From Mytilus trossulus (lineage: Eukaryota), in contig NC_086373.1 of the NCBI RefSeq assembly GCF_036588685.1, forward strand, positions 40,858,001 to 40,922,000: a stretch of 64,000 bases of DNA. The letters run 5' to 3'. The position numbers and the translations under genes are program-made. Shown here in pieces: positions 37,701 to 51,757 of this stretch. The stretch's first letter is position 1; every line of letters starts with the position of its first letter. Under the pieces are notes generated by a model that searched no databases, had not been told where the DNA came from, and saw only the letters and a program-made list of their open reading frames with translations.

Positions 37701-40425
37701 TAATTGAACGATTTTTTTTATCTTTATAATTATCTAAATCGGTATGTATTAAATAAAACTTCGTTATTCAACAACATACCATCAAATGCTACTTCTAGGA
37801 TCAGCCTAGCGAGTTCTTAATGTGATATTTTTTCTTTAAATTTGAGCAAGGTTTTCCATGATTTTGGGAACAAAATTTGAGATAAAAATAGGGGTACACC
37901 GACTTCGTTTTGTCACTATAGAAATCTCAATTTCGTGTTTTATGAAATAATCTCGCCCTTCATTTCTGTAGACCTACGTCTCAGAATCTTCTACCTACTG
38001 AATAAAAGATAATTTCTATTCATCCTGAAAATGAATGAAACATTTGCCACTGGCTTACAAACCAAAAAACAACCAATCATATTGAAATAAACAGCATAGC
38101 AAATAAATGATAATTGTTTCCTGTCTACGACACAGTTGTCTATTGTATAAGTAAACTCTTTTGATAAAAGGATTCTTCTCTCTTTGATCAGTATATAGGT
38201 AAACAAAAAAGTGGTGCAAACATATTTCTAATTTTGGATTTTCTGGATTTACATTAATCAGAGATGTTCACTCAAAACTTAACATTGTTAGAGCGATGAT
38301 GAATGAGAACAATCGGGAACCTTTAGACATCAGTATTTTATTTATGTAAACGAATGAATGTTTTGTTTGGTTTGCATTCGAATTGGTACATGCATGGAGT
38401 CAATATACGTGATTTATTAATTTGTAGTATCTTTAGTAATATTGCGATCATGTTTTTTATAAAGGATGTAGTTATGAACACAGTGATTGGAGTGAGTGCG
38501 ATCAAGCAACAAATACAGTAACCCGAAATTTTACTTTGAGTGAAGGCGAACAGGGTTGTGAACAATCACACACTATCACCATAACTTGTGACAAACTAAA
38601 CAGAATACAGACATGGAAAGCAAAGAAAAGGGACCGTAAACAGAATAGAATAGACGAAAAATTGCAAATGAAGCAAGAGAGAAAAGAGAAAAGAAAGCTT
38701 GAAAAAGAACAAAGACTTAGTATGTATTGATTTTAAAATTTAATTCACTACAGTTGTTTATTCGGTATTATCAATCTATGATGGAATACAACCAGCTTTT
38801 TCATCATACAAATAATTAAGGTTAAAATGTACTTAGAAATGTCATATTCGAATTGTCAGGAGCGTACCAGATGAAATATATTTGATGAACGCATGGAAAG
38901 TACACTCTTGTTGGAAGGGGGTTGCCATCTTTACTTGGTTTTTTTTATATTTGTTGTGGGTTTTTTTAACATTATTAAAACGCTCAAACATTGATATTCA
39001 AACTTCTTTGTGAAATATGTTAATTCTTTGTATTTTTTCTCATCACAATTTATTTCAGAATGCAAATATGACAAGGAAGACTGGAGTGAATGTGATAACA
39101 CAACAAACATAGTAACCCGAGTTATGACATTAAGGGACGGAGAAGAAGAAGAATGCGAACCAATAATAAATGTCATAATTTCATGTTCAAAGTTTGAGCG
39201 TATTCAACAGTGGAAAGCAAGAAAAATGGAGCGCAAGAATGAAAAAAAGGAGAATAAAATGTTTATTAGAGAACAGAAAAATATGTGGAAAGAAAATAAA
39301 AAGATAGTGAAGGAACAACGTAGACGTAAGTAAATAAGTTAACAAAACAAAACAAACAAACAAAAAGTGACATAAAACAAAATTCAAATGATAAAAAGAG
39401 TAACTGCCAGTAACAATTAAGTTCTCACTGACACAAGTATAAGTGGATTCCTGGATTACAAAATGCACATCCTAATGATTTAAAGCTTAATTTTATAGAA
39501 TAAACAATGAAATCAATGCAATTTAACGAACAAGATACGTCTACAGATCAAAAACAGTCTTTTACAATGGACAGATGAGACTCCCACAGGGTACCCTCCT
39601 CAGGTCGCAAGGTCGCTTTTAAATTCGTCGAGAGGTCGTTTTTAATGGAAATGTACAGGTCGCAGGTCGTTTTTCCCAACTCAGAGGACGGAAGTCGGTC
39701 GGAGGTCGTTTTTTTCCAAATTTAACAGGTCGCAGGTCGTTTTTAGAAGGCCCTCAGGTCGGAAGTCGCCTCTAAAAAGCCCAGAGGTCGCAGGTCGTTT
39801 TTTACCCTGCGGGAGCCTCACAGATGTCTATACAATATGTCAAGCTCTTAATCACCTCCTTGTTAAAAAAATGATGTTTTAGTCATGTCTGGTTATTCGT
39901 TCAAGTAAATAGAATGCTTTTTAATTTTAAAAAAGTGTTTTGAAGTTAACCTTGTTAGCTTAAAGGATATCCCATTTAATTGATTAACCGTGATGTTATA
40001 ATTCACTAACAAAAACTTCCCATACCGAATTTAAAAGATTTCAGAATAATTCTTAATCAGCAAACACTTTCTCTTATTTTTTGGTTTCCGTTGCATTCAC
40101 GGATCGACTCTACATATTCAAAGACAGGGCTTTAAGAACCGCCGATTGTATTATATTCTATGAATATAGGTTTATATTGACATGTTTATTTTCAGTCGGA
40201 TGCAGTTTTGATGTTACCTTTAGTGAATGTGATCTTACAACTAACATGGTTACAAAATCGTACATACCAACAACAGATGATGATGATTCATGTGAAAACA
40301 GGTCATTTGAATATTCATGTGATTTGCATGAAAGATTAATGGAAAAGAAGAGAAAACGTCAAGACAAAAGAGGCAACAGAAAAATAAATAGGAAGGAATT
40401 TAGACAGCAGAGGCTTCTGATCTAA
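34752..40425 (+). CDS. Secreted protein with four pleiotrophin/midkine-like domains and basic helical linkers, 366 aa; exons 34752-34836, 35707-35970, 38465-38719, 39059-39325, 40196-40425
   Basis: Signal peptide MKNVFVIFVVVLVATVAA. All four introns are GT-AG and phase 1, and the joined ORF is 1101 nt with no internal stop. Modules such as CKYDKSAWSDCDTTTNTVSRVLTLKSGKEGCQQTQNQTITC match the midkine C-domain spacing C-x9-C-x19..21-C-x9-C. AATAAA at 40795. Confidence 0.9.
36333..37677 (-). mobile_element. 5'-truncated Penelope-like retroelement (family C), antisense in intron 2
   Basis: Open frame ~37676-37259: LIYPPELEIKETTDTASSASFLDL..RIYDKRDDFNFEIINFPHLSSNIPTSPAYGIYISQLIRYSRAC..KLMNQGY..HDGLDV*, then a ~920-nt 3' tail. 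Confidence 0.88.
39577..39819. mobile_element. MITE with internal AGGTCG(C) repeats in intron 4
   Basis: ACAGAT|GAGACTCCCACAGGGTA ... TACCCTGCGGGAGCCTC|ACAGAT (6-bp TSD, or 4-bp CAGA if the termini are TG..CA). Confidence 0.85.
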
Positions 40426-43229
40426 ACTAAAGACTTTTGAATAATGATCAAGAAGAAATCCACTTTTCATCATGTACAATGTATAAAGACTGAGAAAAAA
40501 GTTAGTTCAACCCTGCGTCAAATTGTTTTCTATACATATGAAAGTGACAGAGAACATGTGACTATGTACTTTGGTGGTTTACTAATATCAATTGTGAAAA
40601 TAGGCTGTTATTGAAATCTAGATAAATTGCAATCTAAATATAATACATGAATATCTATATGTATAAAAATTCCATAATATATTAGAATTGTGGTTCTTTG
40701 ACAGCAATAATTGATAGCCTCTTTTTTTTTTAAATCTGTAGAAACTAAAGACGACAGTCATTTTGCGTTTCTTTTTTTAAATCAAACTTCTTTTAATAAA
40801 TAGTGTACAAGTCTTCTTTGACTGCCATTTTTTATCTCAGTTGTTGGAATCATACGCAATACTTGTGTTGCTGAAGTCTTGTATTAGAAGTTGATGATGT
40901 GATTTCCGGATCTTCTTTTATGGTAGGCTGTTTCTGTTAAATCGACCATCGAAATATACATAAGTCCTTTCTACCTTGAACTCGCACACAATTCGAAATA
41001 AGATACTTTAAAAGATGATTTGTTTCTTCTAAACCGCTTTATGAGATTTAAACATTTAAACTACTGTTGCTAAAAAACTGTTAAGTTACAACTTCCTGAT
41101 GATGACTATTCACTGAATGTGGATTCGCATAACGGGTGATAAATGCAGGCCCGGAAACACTTGCGCACCCGGTTTTAGTTCATGCGGTTCCCTCATTTTA
41201 TTTTTGTGTTTACCTTCATTTGTATATTTTTGTTTGGTTTATAAGATTTGAACACCGGTTAACAACTGTGGCCTCTAAATGATCTCTAAGCAGTAACATC
41301 ATTGATGTTGAGAAATTTCCTTCTTTCCAAAAGATCTTACCTAAGTCGCTTCCTAGAGACAAGATTAGTTTTATTTAACTAATAGACATAGAGAGAAAAA
41401 TCCATGCTGAAGCGATTTCCTGGATCAACCTTCAACGCCCAAAACCGAATATAGTATGAAAATCCAAGGATGTATAAGAAACGAAACATTTGAAGAGCTA
41501 TATGAACAGAATGGTCATAAACAATAGCCAAATCCATCTAAAGCTTAATGAGGGAGTTGAAACCTTTATAATTTCTTACAAACCTGCTCGTGCATTTTTC
41601 ATTGTTATTCAACGCAAAATAATTATCTAAGATACCTGGGACGATCTCATTTCACAAAGGATTTCTATTGTCTACTTATTGTACCTCGAACTTATTTACC
41701 CGGTGTAGGTCTTTAAGTTGAGGTTCAATATACTTAAAGTTAATCGGGCATGACTAATTAGATACACCCTCTTAAAATCAGGGGGTCCGAACTAGGATCG
41801 AGAAAAACATCCAGCAAAATACCATAATTTACAATTTTAGATTTTTTTTTATTTAAAGTGCTTTTGGTTGCTTAAATATCTCCGATCAATAATCGAACGG
41901 TATTTTGTGGAAATTATATGTCCCGAATCGGGAGATGTTGGCTGCAATAGGAATTTATTTATTAAAAAGGCCATATCTCCTTTACTTAAAGTGACCGTTT
42001 TTTATCATAAATTCATGACGTTTTGTTTTTGGCATTCGTCTATCGTGAAGAAAAAAGAGAGAAGGAGGCCGCTAATAGCTTAACTTACGAGTTCGATCAT
42101 AATCTATTCTATTATGGCATACGTTTTACCTCTAGCGATCGCTCTGTCTTATTTTAAAAAGTGCCACTCAAAATTAGTAAGCATTTGCTTCAGATTGATA
42201 CACTTTGCATCGAATCGTGAATATGCATGACATATTCGCCACTGGACACAAAGGAGCAATAAATTAATCAGCTTCGTTTTAGTGATGTATAATCATTTGT
42301 CCTCAGTTGATTATCATCTCAAACAGTTTTCCAATTTTTATATATTTCATTTGTATTTACATTTGAATTTTTAAGCGTAAATCTTAGCATTTCTTCCATC
42401 ATTTTTTCCTTTGCATTTAATCTTTTTGTATTTAACATTAAAAAAACGTTGTCGTAGTACACATCAGCGGTTACATTGTATCCTTTCCAGCAAAACTAAT
42501 ATAGGGGAGGGGGTAAGAACAGAAGAAAAATCTTCATTGAGTGGCTATAACTCTTATATTGAAGCGTACAATGACTGCTGTCTCGTCTAGGTGACAACAT
42601 TTGCTGTTTCAAGTTTATTTATATCTCAGACTGGTATAATAGTTGTAATAAAAGCCCCCCAAAAAATGAAAAAAAAATGTTGACAACAATTTATACACTT
42701 ATTTTGGGCGTTTCATTTTTTTTTTATATTGTCTTGCTGATCGGTTTTGTTATAGTTTTTTTTTCATCTACTATAATTGTCCATGCGACTTATTTGAAAA
42801 GTTTTAGATGACCTTACTTGTTGTTTCAATCATTCAACTCGTGCGTAGATCGTCTTTCCCTCTAATGTTTTTAAGGTATAAAGAATGTGAAATTCTCACT
42901 ACACCAGGCATCGGATATACATTCCAATTATATTTCGATCGGACAAAGCTGCGTATTTATATATCCGATAAGCAAAACGAACGCAACCATTTAGCAAGGT
43001 ATACTGTGGGACGGGAGAGGTCAAGATATGTTTATATTTCTACACCCAAGTGAATCGTTTGGTTTTAAATAAAAGGAGATAAAGGTATACATTAATGCGA
43101 CAGCAACCAAAAGAAACAGATAAATCAAAATATTTAGAGTCAACATTCAGTTTTATTTTTTATAGAAAGATGCGTATACAGAATAATAAGCTCAAAACCG
43201 ACCCATGACTAAATAATAGTTATACGGAG

Positions 43230-44850
43230 TTAATTCAATAACATTTACCGTCAAATATTATATATCCGAAAAGGCACACTTGATTTAATATTATTTACCG
43301 TCAAAGATTTCCCAACAATCACAAGTGTTTGGTTAAAAAATTTCACCTGCTTTATTTTAATTTTGATCGGTGAAAATTTAAGAAGTTGTAATATAAACCG
43401 GTAAAAGAAAAACCCTTCACTGTATAATATTACGGTAAAATAATGGATGACGACCAGCGGCAAATACAATTGATACTCAGGACGATAACATGTAAATATA
43501 ATAAGAGTATTAACCCCGTTTTTTACTAGACTGACACGCTGATATAAAAAAGAAGATGTGGTATGATTGCCAACAAGACAATTGCCCACAAGAGACCAAA
43601 ATGACACATACATTAAAAACTATAGGTCACCGTACGGCCTTTAACAATGAGCAAAGCCCATACCGCATAGTCAGTTATAAAAGGCTTCGATATGACAATG
43701 CAAAACAATTCAAACGAGAAAACTAACGGCCTTATTTATATAAAAAAAAATTAACGAAAAACAAATATGTAACACATAAACAAACGACAACCACTGAATT
43801 ACAGACTTCTGACTTGGGACAGGCACATACATGAATAATGTGGCGGGCTTTAACATGTTAGCGGGATGAGTCGATTTTTGTATTGTGTAAGTTCACAAGA
43901 TATTAGTTCGCAGGAAGAAAAGTCAACCGACACGGACACATTTCCGACTCTGAGCCTGCCAGTCTGTGCTCTTACTCTATGATGCCACGTGTTTAACGTT
44001 GAATTAGAATACAAATTTAATTAACGTCTTTGTTTGACCCGTTCGGGATTCGAACAAATGACCTCCCTCTCTCGAGACGAACACCCCTTCACGAGACTAA
44101 CCAGGAGAGCGGTAGTGATCGGTAGTACAGAATATCATACAAAATACAATACACAATACAGTTTCACAGAATTTTCACAGTTACTAAAGAGAGCTAGGAT
44201 CAACGCTCTCGGCAAATTAAAACGTCTTGCACCTATTATTTCAGTGGTCCGAATGTTACCAGCTGTTGCAAGTCTAAATTTCTGTCCTTATTTAATATAC
44301 CCTCATCTTCCATTGGTATTTTAAACCGTCACGTCCAACCTCACTGTCGACCTCCTATTACACGACCTACCTATTGTATTTAAAATTTATGTGTTATAGT
44401 CATGAACATGCATGGAATATTTGCTACTGGACGTAAAGCAAACAACAATCAATTACAATCAACTTAATTAATTTCCCTGTACTAATACTTAGCACACAAA
44501 GACAAGATCTTGTAAAATGCTATAATGTATAATTTCCATTTAATTTTTTATGGGTTTTTAGGGGGGGGGGGTCTCTTCAATTTATGATATAACTGACTGC
44601 TTATTAAAAAGGTTTAAATATTTATTTACTATGGTTCTTATCTACTGTTTTAATACGATTTATTACATATGATTTTTTTGTCAGGCAAGGATAAAACTAA
44701 GAAAGATAGTTTTTTTCAAGTGATTTTGCTTCGTTTAGACATCAAAAGGGAATAACGGACGACTACATTAAAGAGTTTGTTTACATATAATACATTGAAC
44801 TTGCGAATATAACTCACCTAACACGTTTTGATCGGGCCAGTGAAACCTAG
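43230..44850 (-). repeat. Old inverted paralog of the 11040-15660 non-coding region
   Basis: Reverse-complement matches including CATGTTATCGTCCTGA, GGACAGAAATTTAG, CAAGATCTTGTCTT and GATCAAAAC, plus the same SINE. Confidence 0.8.
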
Positions 44851-45500
44851 TTTAGGAAGGTTTTATTCATTGAAGTTTGCATGCATAGTTTTTATTTTTT
44901 TTTAAAAAGCAAGATCTATTAATTAATTGGACTGAATAGACAAAAATAATTATTTTGCATTCGCATGTAACGTAATGTAGGAAAATTACCGATTCAGAAA
45001 TAAAATGAACATTTACCGGATGAAAGTTGATGGAAGAGTTCACTTACTGTTTTCTAAGGTCTGATCTTTACGAATCTATTTCATGATTACTGACAGATCA
45101 AAATTATCAAGTATATATAGCAAGAAGTTGTTGGCCAGAATATTCATTGGTCAGTTATAAATGAGGTCTGTATGGGTTTTTAATTGCCTCATTTATTAAA
45201 TAAGAAATCGATATTTTGAAAAGATGGCTATAAAAATATAAATTTACCCCCTAATTTGGTAAAACTATCATTTGGTGTTATTTTAATGCTAGACAAATTA
45301 TGATAAATTAATAATTATATGATGTAATGCCATTAAATCGGTCCGTTTTCATTGCAATTTGGTAACTGTTAATTGTATATATCAGTCTGAGTACGGTTTA
45401 ACTATCATCTAAGTTGAACATATCTAGACTCGTCCAATTCAGGGGAATTAGGTTTCTGCAAATGCTTTTTATGTACTTTTCTTATATTTTTGACTGTTTG

Positions 45501-45672
45501 TAAGTCAGTAAAAGTTCCATGATTAAGTTAATATTTACATTAAAAGACCTCCTCACAAAAATGGCTGTTCAAATCCCCTCGCCCTTCGGGCTCGGGATTC
45601 TGAACACCCCTTTTTGTTCGGACGTCTTTTAATATCAATATTAACTTATCATTGAACTTTTACTATTACTTA
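45501..45672. repeat. ~170-bp imperfect palindrome with GCCCTTCGGGC apex
   Basis: AGTAAAAGTTC..AAGTTAATATT..ATTAAAAGAC inverted to GTCTTTTAAT..AATATTAACTT..GAACTTTTACT. Confidence 0.75.
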
Positions 45673-48600
45673 ATTTATTAACGGACAATTTAAGAAAGAT
45701 TTGCTTTAAATCATGTCAGTGCCGAGGTACTGACTTCCTAGCTGATGATACTTTCGGAACTTATAGTCTACCAGCAGCGGTAGAGACATTCCGAATATTG
45801 TGTCTGTATCAGCAGGCCAAAGACTATTCTTCTACAAATTTGTTTGTAAAGTAAGTTCACAGTGAATAGATTACTCGGTCAATCAGAAATTAAATTCAAA
45901 CAAAACTCTTTCTGCGAAACATCACACATCAATGTCTAACATTTTCAGTTTACTTGTTATAGCGATTAACAATAATATTCCTAATTTTTAAGCAGTTTTT
46001 AACGGGCATTAGTTACGCGAAATAGAAAAGAAATTAAAACGATATTTTTTTCAATCATCAATGAAAGTATAATAGTGAAATTATATATCGCTTTTAACGA
46101 CCAGTTTGTTTCAATTTTGTCAAAATAAGCTAAGTAACATCGATGATGAATTATTCAGTTGCAAGTGAATAATTCGACCTCATTGAATCCGGATTCATGT
46201 GACCTGCATTTAACCGCTTAGCTTGAGCTGAATTACGCATTAATTAGGTGTGTTCAGTTATTAAAAGGAAAATAATGTCAACATTCAAAGTGAAACAAGG
46301 GTAAACCATTTGATTGACTGATTCGATTCACAAAAACTCATTCTTATACAGGTAAAAACAATGATAAATATATGTTTAGACCAAGAAATCCTATTGCACG
46401 AGTTCGCTATCTATTTATATCTATATTTTTGTTTAAATCGGGTTATATGACCGTCTTCGGAGGTCACCGCGATAGTTAATAAGATAGCGTCTAGACTAAA
46501 ATACACACGAAATGCCGATACATATTATCGAGCCTATGCATTTAAATTGTTTATTTTAGACTTGTTATAATTTAGATTTACGTGTGTTACAAAATCAAAT
46601 ATGAGAATCAGAGTCAAATCGATGAAAATGAATTTGACAGATATGCCCTCTTAATGTTAAAATAAGTTCTACATGAGATAGCATAGTGGTTGTTGATTGA
46701 CAGAGGCCGATCATTGTGATATTTTATGCATTCCAAATTTTCTTCTATTACGATTTCTTTGTGTTCAATAAAGGTTTTAGTTAACAATGTTACATTTAAA
46801 TGCGTATACAGTACAAGCGCATAGGAAAAGAACAAATGTAATCAGTCAATCTAATTTGACCGAGAGTAATAAACATTGATAATCATTGCCGTATATAAAG
46901 AAAACAACAGTATGATGTAAAATTATAATTGTTATAATATCCAACAACAACCACTAGACAAAGACAAATGAAAAAGGAAAAGGTATAGCGAAAACAACCG
47001 AACTTGAAGGCAAATTTTAAAAGAGGAAGTCCATAAAAACTGGCAAAATCAAACGCTTTCAATCAACAAATCGAGTGAAAAACAACTTGAAATGCGTTTT
47101 TATTGCTATTATTCATCCATAAATCATAGAGGTTTTGTACATTGAACAAAAGGTCACATCTTACCGTAAGTAAAACACGGTCCATTGCACCGTGTATGCA
47201 ATTATAACTATTATATATAATTTTCTAATGTTTCGGGTTTATATGAAATTTTGTATGCATAAAAAATCCATTGAATAACATATGAAAATCGAAAATCCTT
47301 TATGATAAAATATCATCATTAAATGCAATCAATTAAAATGGTATGATGTAAAATTTAAAGAATGATTTTACGAGTATTTTCAAATATCTTTTGCAAACAT
47401 TTTAACTGATTGTATTACTGAAAATGTATCAATGTTTCAAAAACCATCCTCCTTTTTCCAGTTCTTAGATACCTCCAGTTTTCCTTAATTCATTATTCAG
47501 ATATTGTTTATCAAATCAAATCTAATTGCTCCTCTTGACTCCAAACGGATAATAAGAGCTATTCTTATTCGACAAAAGGTCAACACCTCTTTTTTTATTT
47601 CCGCATTTATCATTTGAAAATAATATTTCTTAAACATTAGTAAGAGAATGTAAATTTGCTGATGAGATGGCCAATGTTGTACGAAGATAAGAAAGGTGCA
47701 AATTTAAAAAATATTTTTGAAAAAAACATAGTTAAAAGGAAGAGGTTGAATAAACAAAAACTTCCGTTTTTCAATTAAGATTTAGCAACACGAATCCTAC
47801 TTAAAACTCGGAGAAATTTGGTTCCACCAGAACGGCACCTTTTATGAGGCTTATGACAAGAGAAACCCTGATGATTAACCGGATTCTTTTGGGTCATATA
47901 TAAAACAAGAAAATACGTATCTAAGGGCTGCGTCAGGTTTAGATAAAGGTTTTTATATTGGCATCACTGTATATATACTATTATAATTATTATTATTTTT
48001 GTTGACGGTGTCTAGTGGTTTCGCAAGATGTCGCTTAGATCTTTTGCAAATGATATCGAACAGTAATTGCGGTTTTGAAACTGACCCTGTTTAACCGAAC
48101 ACTTTTTATTTTCTGAAACCTTTCATTTGTTGAAGATTTTTCGCTTATTCCAAGTTTGCATGGACATTGAGTCAGCACTGAAGATATAATATCCTTTTTA
48201 AAAAAAATGCAATAGTTAAACTTTTCAGAAGCTAATCCTGGCTATTGTGATGGACTTATTAGAGCTCCTTTTGCAGTTAATGTTTTGAGATGTTATTGTG
48301 AGAATTCTGACTTTGTGTTATGGATTTCCAAAACAAGGATAAAACTTGATAAACTTGCGAGAAACTATACGTTCCAGTTGGAAAACGGAACATATACTAA
48401 TACACAGAAAGCGGCTGAAAATTTCCATGAATTTTATAGTTATTGTGAAAATGAAATGTGGCTCCAAGTTGGTATATGTTTACTCGTGATATTCATATAA
48501 TTTACTACTCCTATTGTAGTTATAAAACTAAAGACTGAGCAACACGAACCCCATCAAAAACCGCGGATGATCTCAGGTGTAATGTTTGTATGGTAGGATG

Positions 48601-49210
48601 TGTTACAATATTGTCATGATTTATTTTGAAAAGACAACATTTAGTGTTAAATTGAGTATAACTACTAGCACTTAAACAATATTTGGTAACCATCGCTGAC
48701 CATCACGTATCCATCTATGTCATTTTTCCCTGATTAAACATTGGATTTTCGCAAACAGCATACACATATATATTTACTCTTATTTCCTGTGATCCCAAAT
48801 GATTCAAAGTATTATAAGCATGATTAAGTTGAATAACATCTGAAAAAATATGTAATTTAAATTATAAAATATATTCAAAATTCATAATTAATATTTTTTA
48901 TGAATTATCTTTATTTTACTTTTGTTACCTGTAAATTGGATGCCCGCATACGTAAACTATTTTAATCCCCAAATTCTTTCAAATATTATGCGGCCCAGCC
49001 AGCAATGTGGTGGTGTTATGACGTATATACTAAATGGAAGTTCTTAAGGGTGGTGAAATTATAAACTCTTTTAAATCCGTGCGCTTCACAGAGAGTCATA
49101 TAGTTATCAATCATAAATATCATTACCACATCTCAGCTTAAGGCATCTTTTTAACATTTGAAGGTCTCTACGATGTATTAGTTACCTAAACTACAAAACA
49201 ACAAAAAAGA

Positions 49211-50458
49211 GAGTTGATGAACCAAGGGTATGTCAAACAACGTCTCGTCCTTTTTCTATAAAAGTTCATCGGAAGGTACCAAGACGTTGTTGATAAATAT
49301 TTCGTATCAACTTCACAAATAATACATGATGGTCTTGATGTATATATTCTGCGTACTGACGTTGTTTATCATCTTAATAACGTGTTATATTGTTCTTTAA
49401 TTTGTCTTTGTTCTATTTTTAATATTACTTTTACTGTTTGGTCTGTTTTCTGTGATATCCATTTGACGTGGCTCGGTTCTTATACATCCGGTCAATGTGT
49501 TGTTAGTATTATTTTTCATTTTTGCTGGTGTGATTTGTACGTGTGACTTTTGTGTTTCTTTGGTACATATGACATGACTCTGTACTTTTAAAGATCCCGC
49601 CAGTATGTTTTTGTTCTATTATATTTCCATTATGTTATTGTTCTATTATAATTTAGAAAATACTTTGGACGACAAAATTATTTTATATCTCTTTCTCTGT
49701 GACGTCAAACTCGAGACTCTACACTAGAGTTTATGGGAAACTGTGTACTCGCGTAGTGGTATTAATCATATGTGGATTCTTAACAATTCTAAAGCACTTC
49801 TGGATAATTTTAAATCACGGTCTTTTTCTGAAATTAGTTATATCAAAACTTTTTAGTTTTCAACCCTGTATACCAACATTCCCAATGTGAAATTATGATT
49901 TTGAAAATACTTTGAACAACAAAGTTATTTTATATTTCTTTCTGTGTGACGTTTACATTTTGACGTCAAACACGCGACTCTACACTAGAGTTGATTTGAA
50001 ACTTGACATTCAGTCACAGGACTTCAAATATTTCAATCTTTTATGGGTTGATTTAAAATACATATATAACATGTATAAGTCAGCAATGCATGTGGTTGTT
50101 AAATTTGATAGATGCTTTTTGTGCTTCTTTGTAAAATATTTGTTTGTTTTTGTTCTAATTAAGATTGTGACACAGTGATGACTGCTGTATCCCTATTTTG
50201 ACAACTTTGCCTATTATGTCTGTTTTGTTAACGCATCGTTGTAAATATAATGGAATTTGATGCGACTGTTATACAAGTGAGGGGTTTAGCGCTATAAAAC
50301 CAGATTCAATCCACCATTTTCTACATTTGAAAATGCCTGTACCAAGTCAGGAATATGACAGTTGTTGTCCATTCTTTTGATGTGTTTTATCATTGAATTT
50401 TGCCATTTGATTAGGGACTTTCCGTTTTGAATGTTTCTCGGTGATTTTACTTTTTTTT
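49211..50458 (+). mobile_element. Second 5'-truncated copy of Penelope-like family C
   Basis: Begins at LMNQGYVKQRLVLFL and matches 36333-37390 in reverse complement through the T-rich end. Confidence 0.88.
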
Positions 50459-50471
50459 ATACGTTTCTTAA

Positions 50472-51180
50472 ATAAGGTTTATCGACAGGTTGCAGGTATT
50501 TCTAAATTGCACCCCTTTAATAGCAGAATTGTTATGAATTAGTTTATGTCCAAACTGATTAAAGACGTCTCTTAATTGAATTAAATTGATAATTTCAACA
50601 ACAATTATCGTTATCTTGATGATATTTGTTCGTTAAATAATCAAGAATTTTTCTAAATATAATGCCGAAATTTACCCCCAAAAAATAATTTACATAGATC
50701 AAATATAAACGGTTATAAATATTCTTTCCTTGATTATGATATATCAATTTTTAAACGGGAAACTCTACACAAAAAATTACGACAAAAGGGACAATGTTTT
50801 CTATGCCCGTGTCTGCATTTACGTTTTAGATTTCAATGAACGTAAATTGTGTATTATTGGTAAATTATTGAGTCAAGGATTTAGATACATGTACCACACA
50901 TTACTTAAAACTTTTACTAAGGTCTTCAGATACAATGATTTGGTTTGTAACTTTGCCTGTACATGTAGAAGACTTATTGCAAACGGGATAGCAAATCCTA
51001 ATTTTTACAGTGATTTTGTTTACCAAGCCCGTTAATTTAGATACGTTCCGGGTAAATTTATCGAACCTTTAATAAACTTATTCAAAAAGGTTATCAATTC
51101 AACACTGTAATTAGATCGATGAATATTGTCTTCATCAGTATAAACTTTGATTTTGAATCAGTTAATTAAAACCAAACTAA
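50472..51180 (+). mobile_element. Decayed Penelope-like RT core (family D)
   Basis: VYRQVAGI, NCTPLIA, YRYLDDICSLNN, EIYP, GKLYTKNYDKRD, ARVC, KLLSQGF. Confidence 0.8.
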
Positions 51181-51636
51181 AGATTTCTATTATACACATA
51201 TACTGTCGTTGTTTAGCATTTCATAAAATTGCCTGAAAATTAAGACATTTAATCAAATGCCTATATCATATTTAAGATATATAGACGATGACGATTATTA
51301 CAAATATTAATATTGTACTTTAAAAGCTTCTACAAATGCTTTTATTTAACATAGTTGACGACTTGCAAGAAATATGTTATTGCATGAATACTTTTTACTT
51401 GAGTATAACAATTTATTGATATCTTTCATTTGAAATAAAACTACTCAGATTGAAATATCTCTTATGATCCAAAACTTTGTGTTATTTTGAAAAAAATTTA
51501 CTTAATTTCAAGAATTATTCAAAGATCCGAATAACGGATTATAAATCGATATTAAAATACACTCATAAATACATTAATGTTTAACTGCATGCAAAAATAC
51601 ATAAATGTATAACTGCATGCAAACATACAGCAAATA

Positions 51637-51757
51637 ACATTACATTACATTACATTACATTACATTACATTACATTACATTGCATTACATTACAATTACA
51701 TTACATAACATTAACTTACATTACATTACATTACATTACATTACATTACATTTACAT
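51637..51757. repeat. (ACATT)n microsatellite
   Basis: Direct reading. Confidence 0.97.

Noticed and set aside
43251-44324. 120-aa and 96-aa ORFs resembling ORFs at 13578 and 11537
   Set aside because: The similarity reflects the inverted DNA duplication and repeats; reading frames are not conserved between copies.
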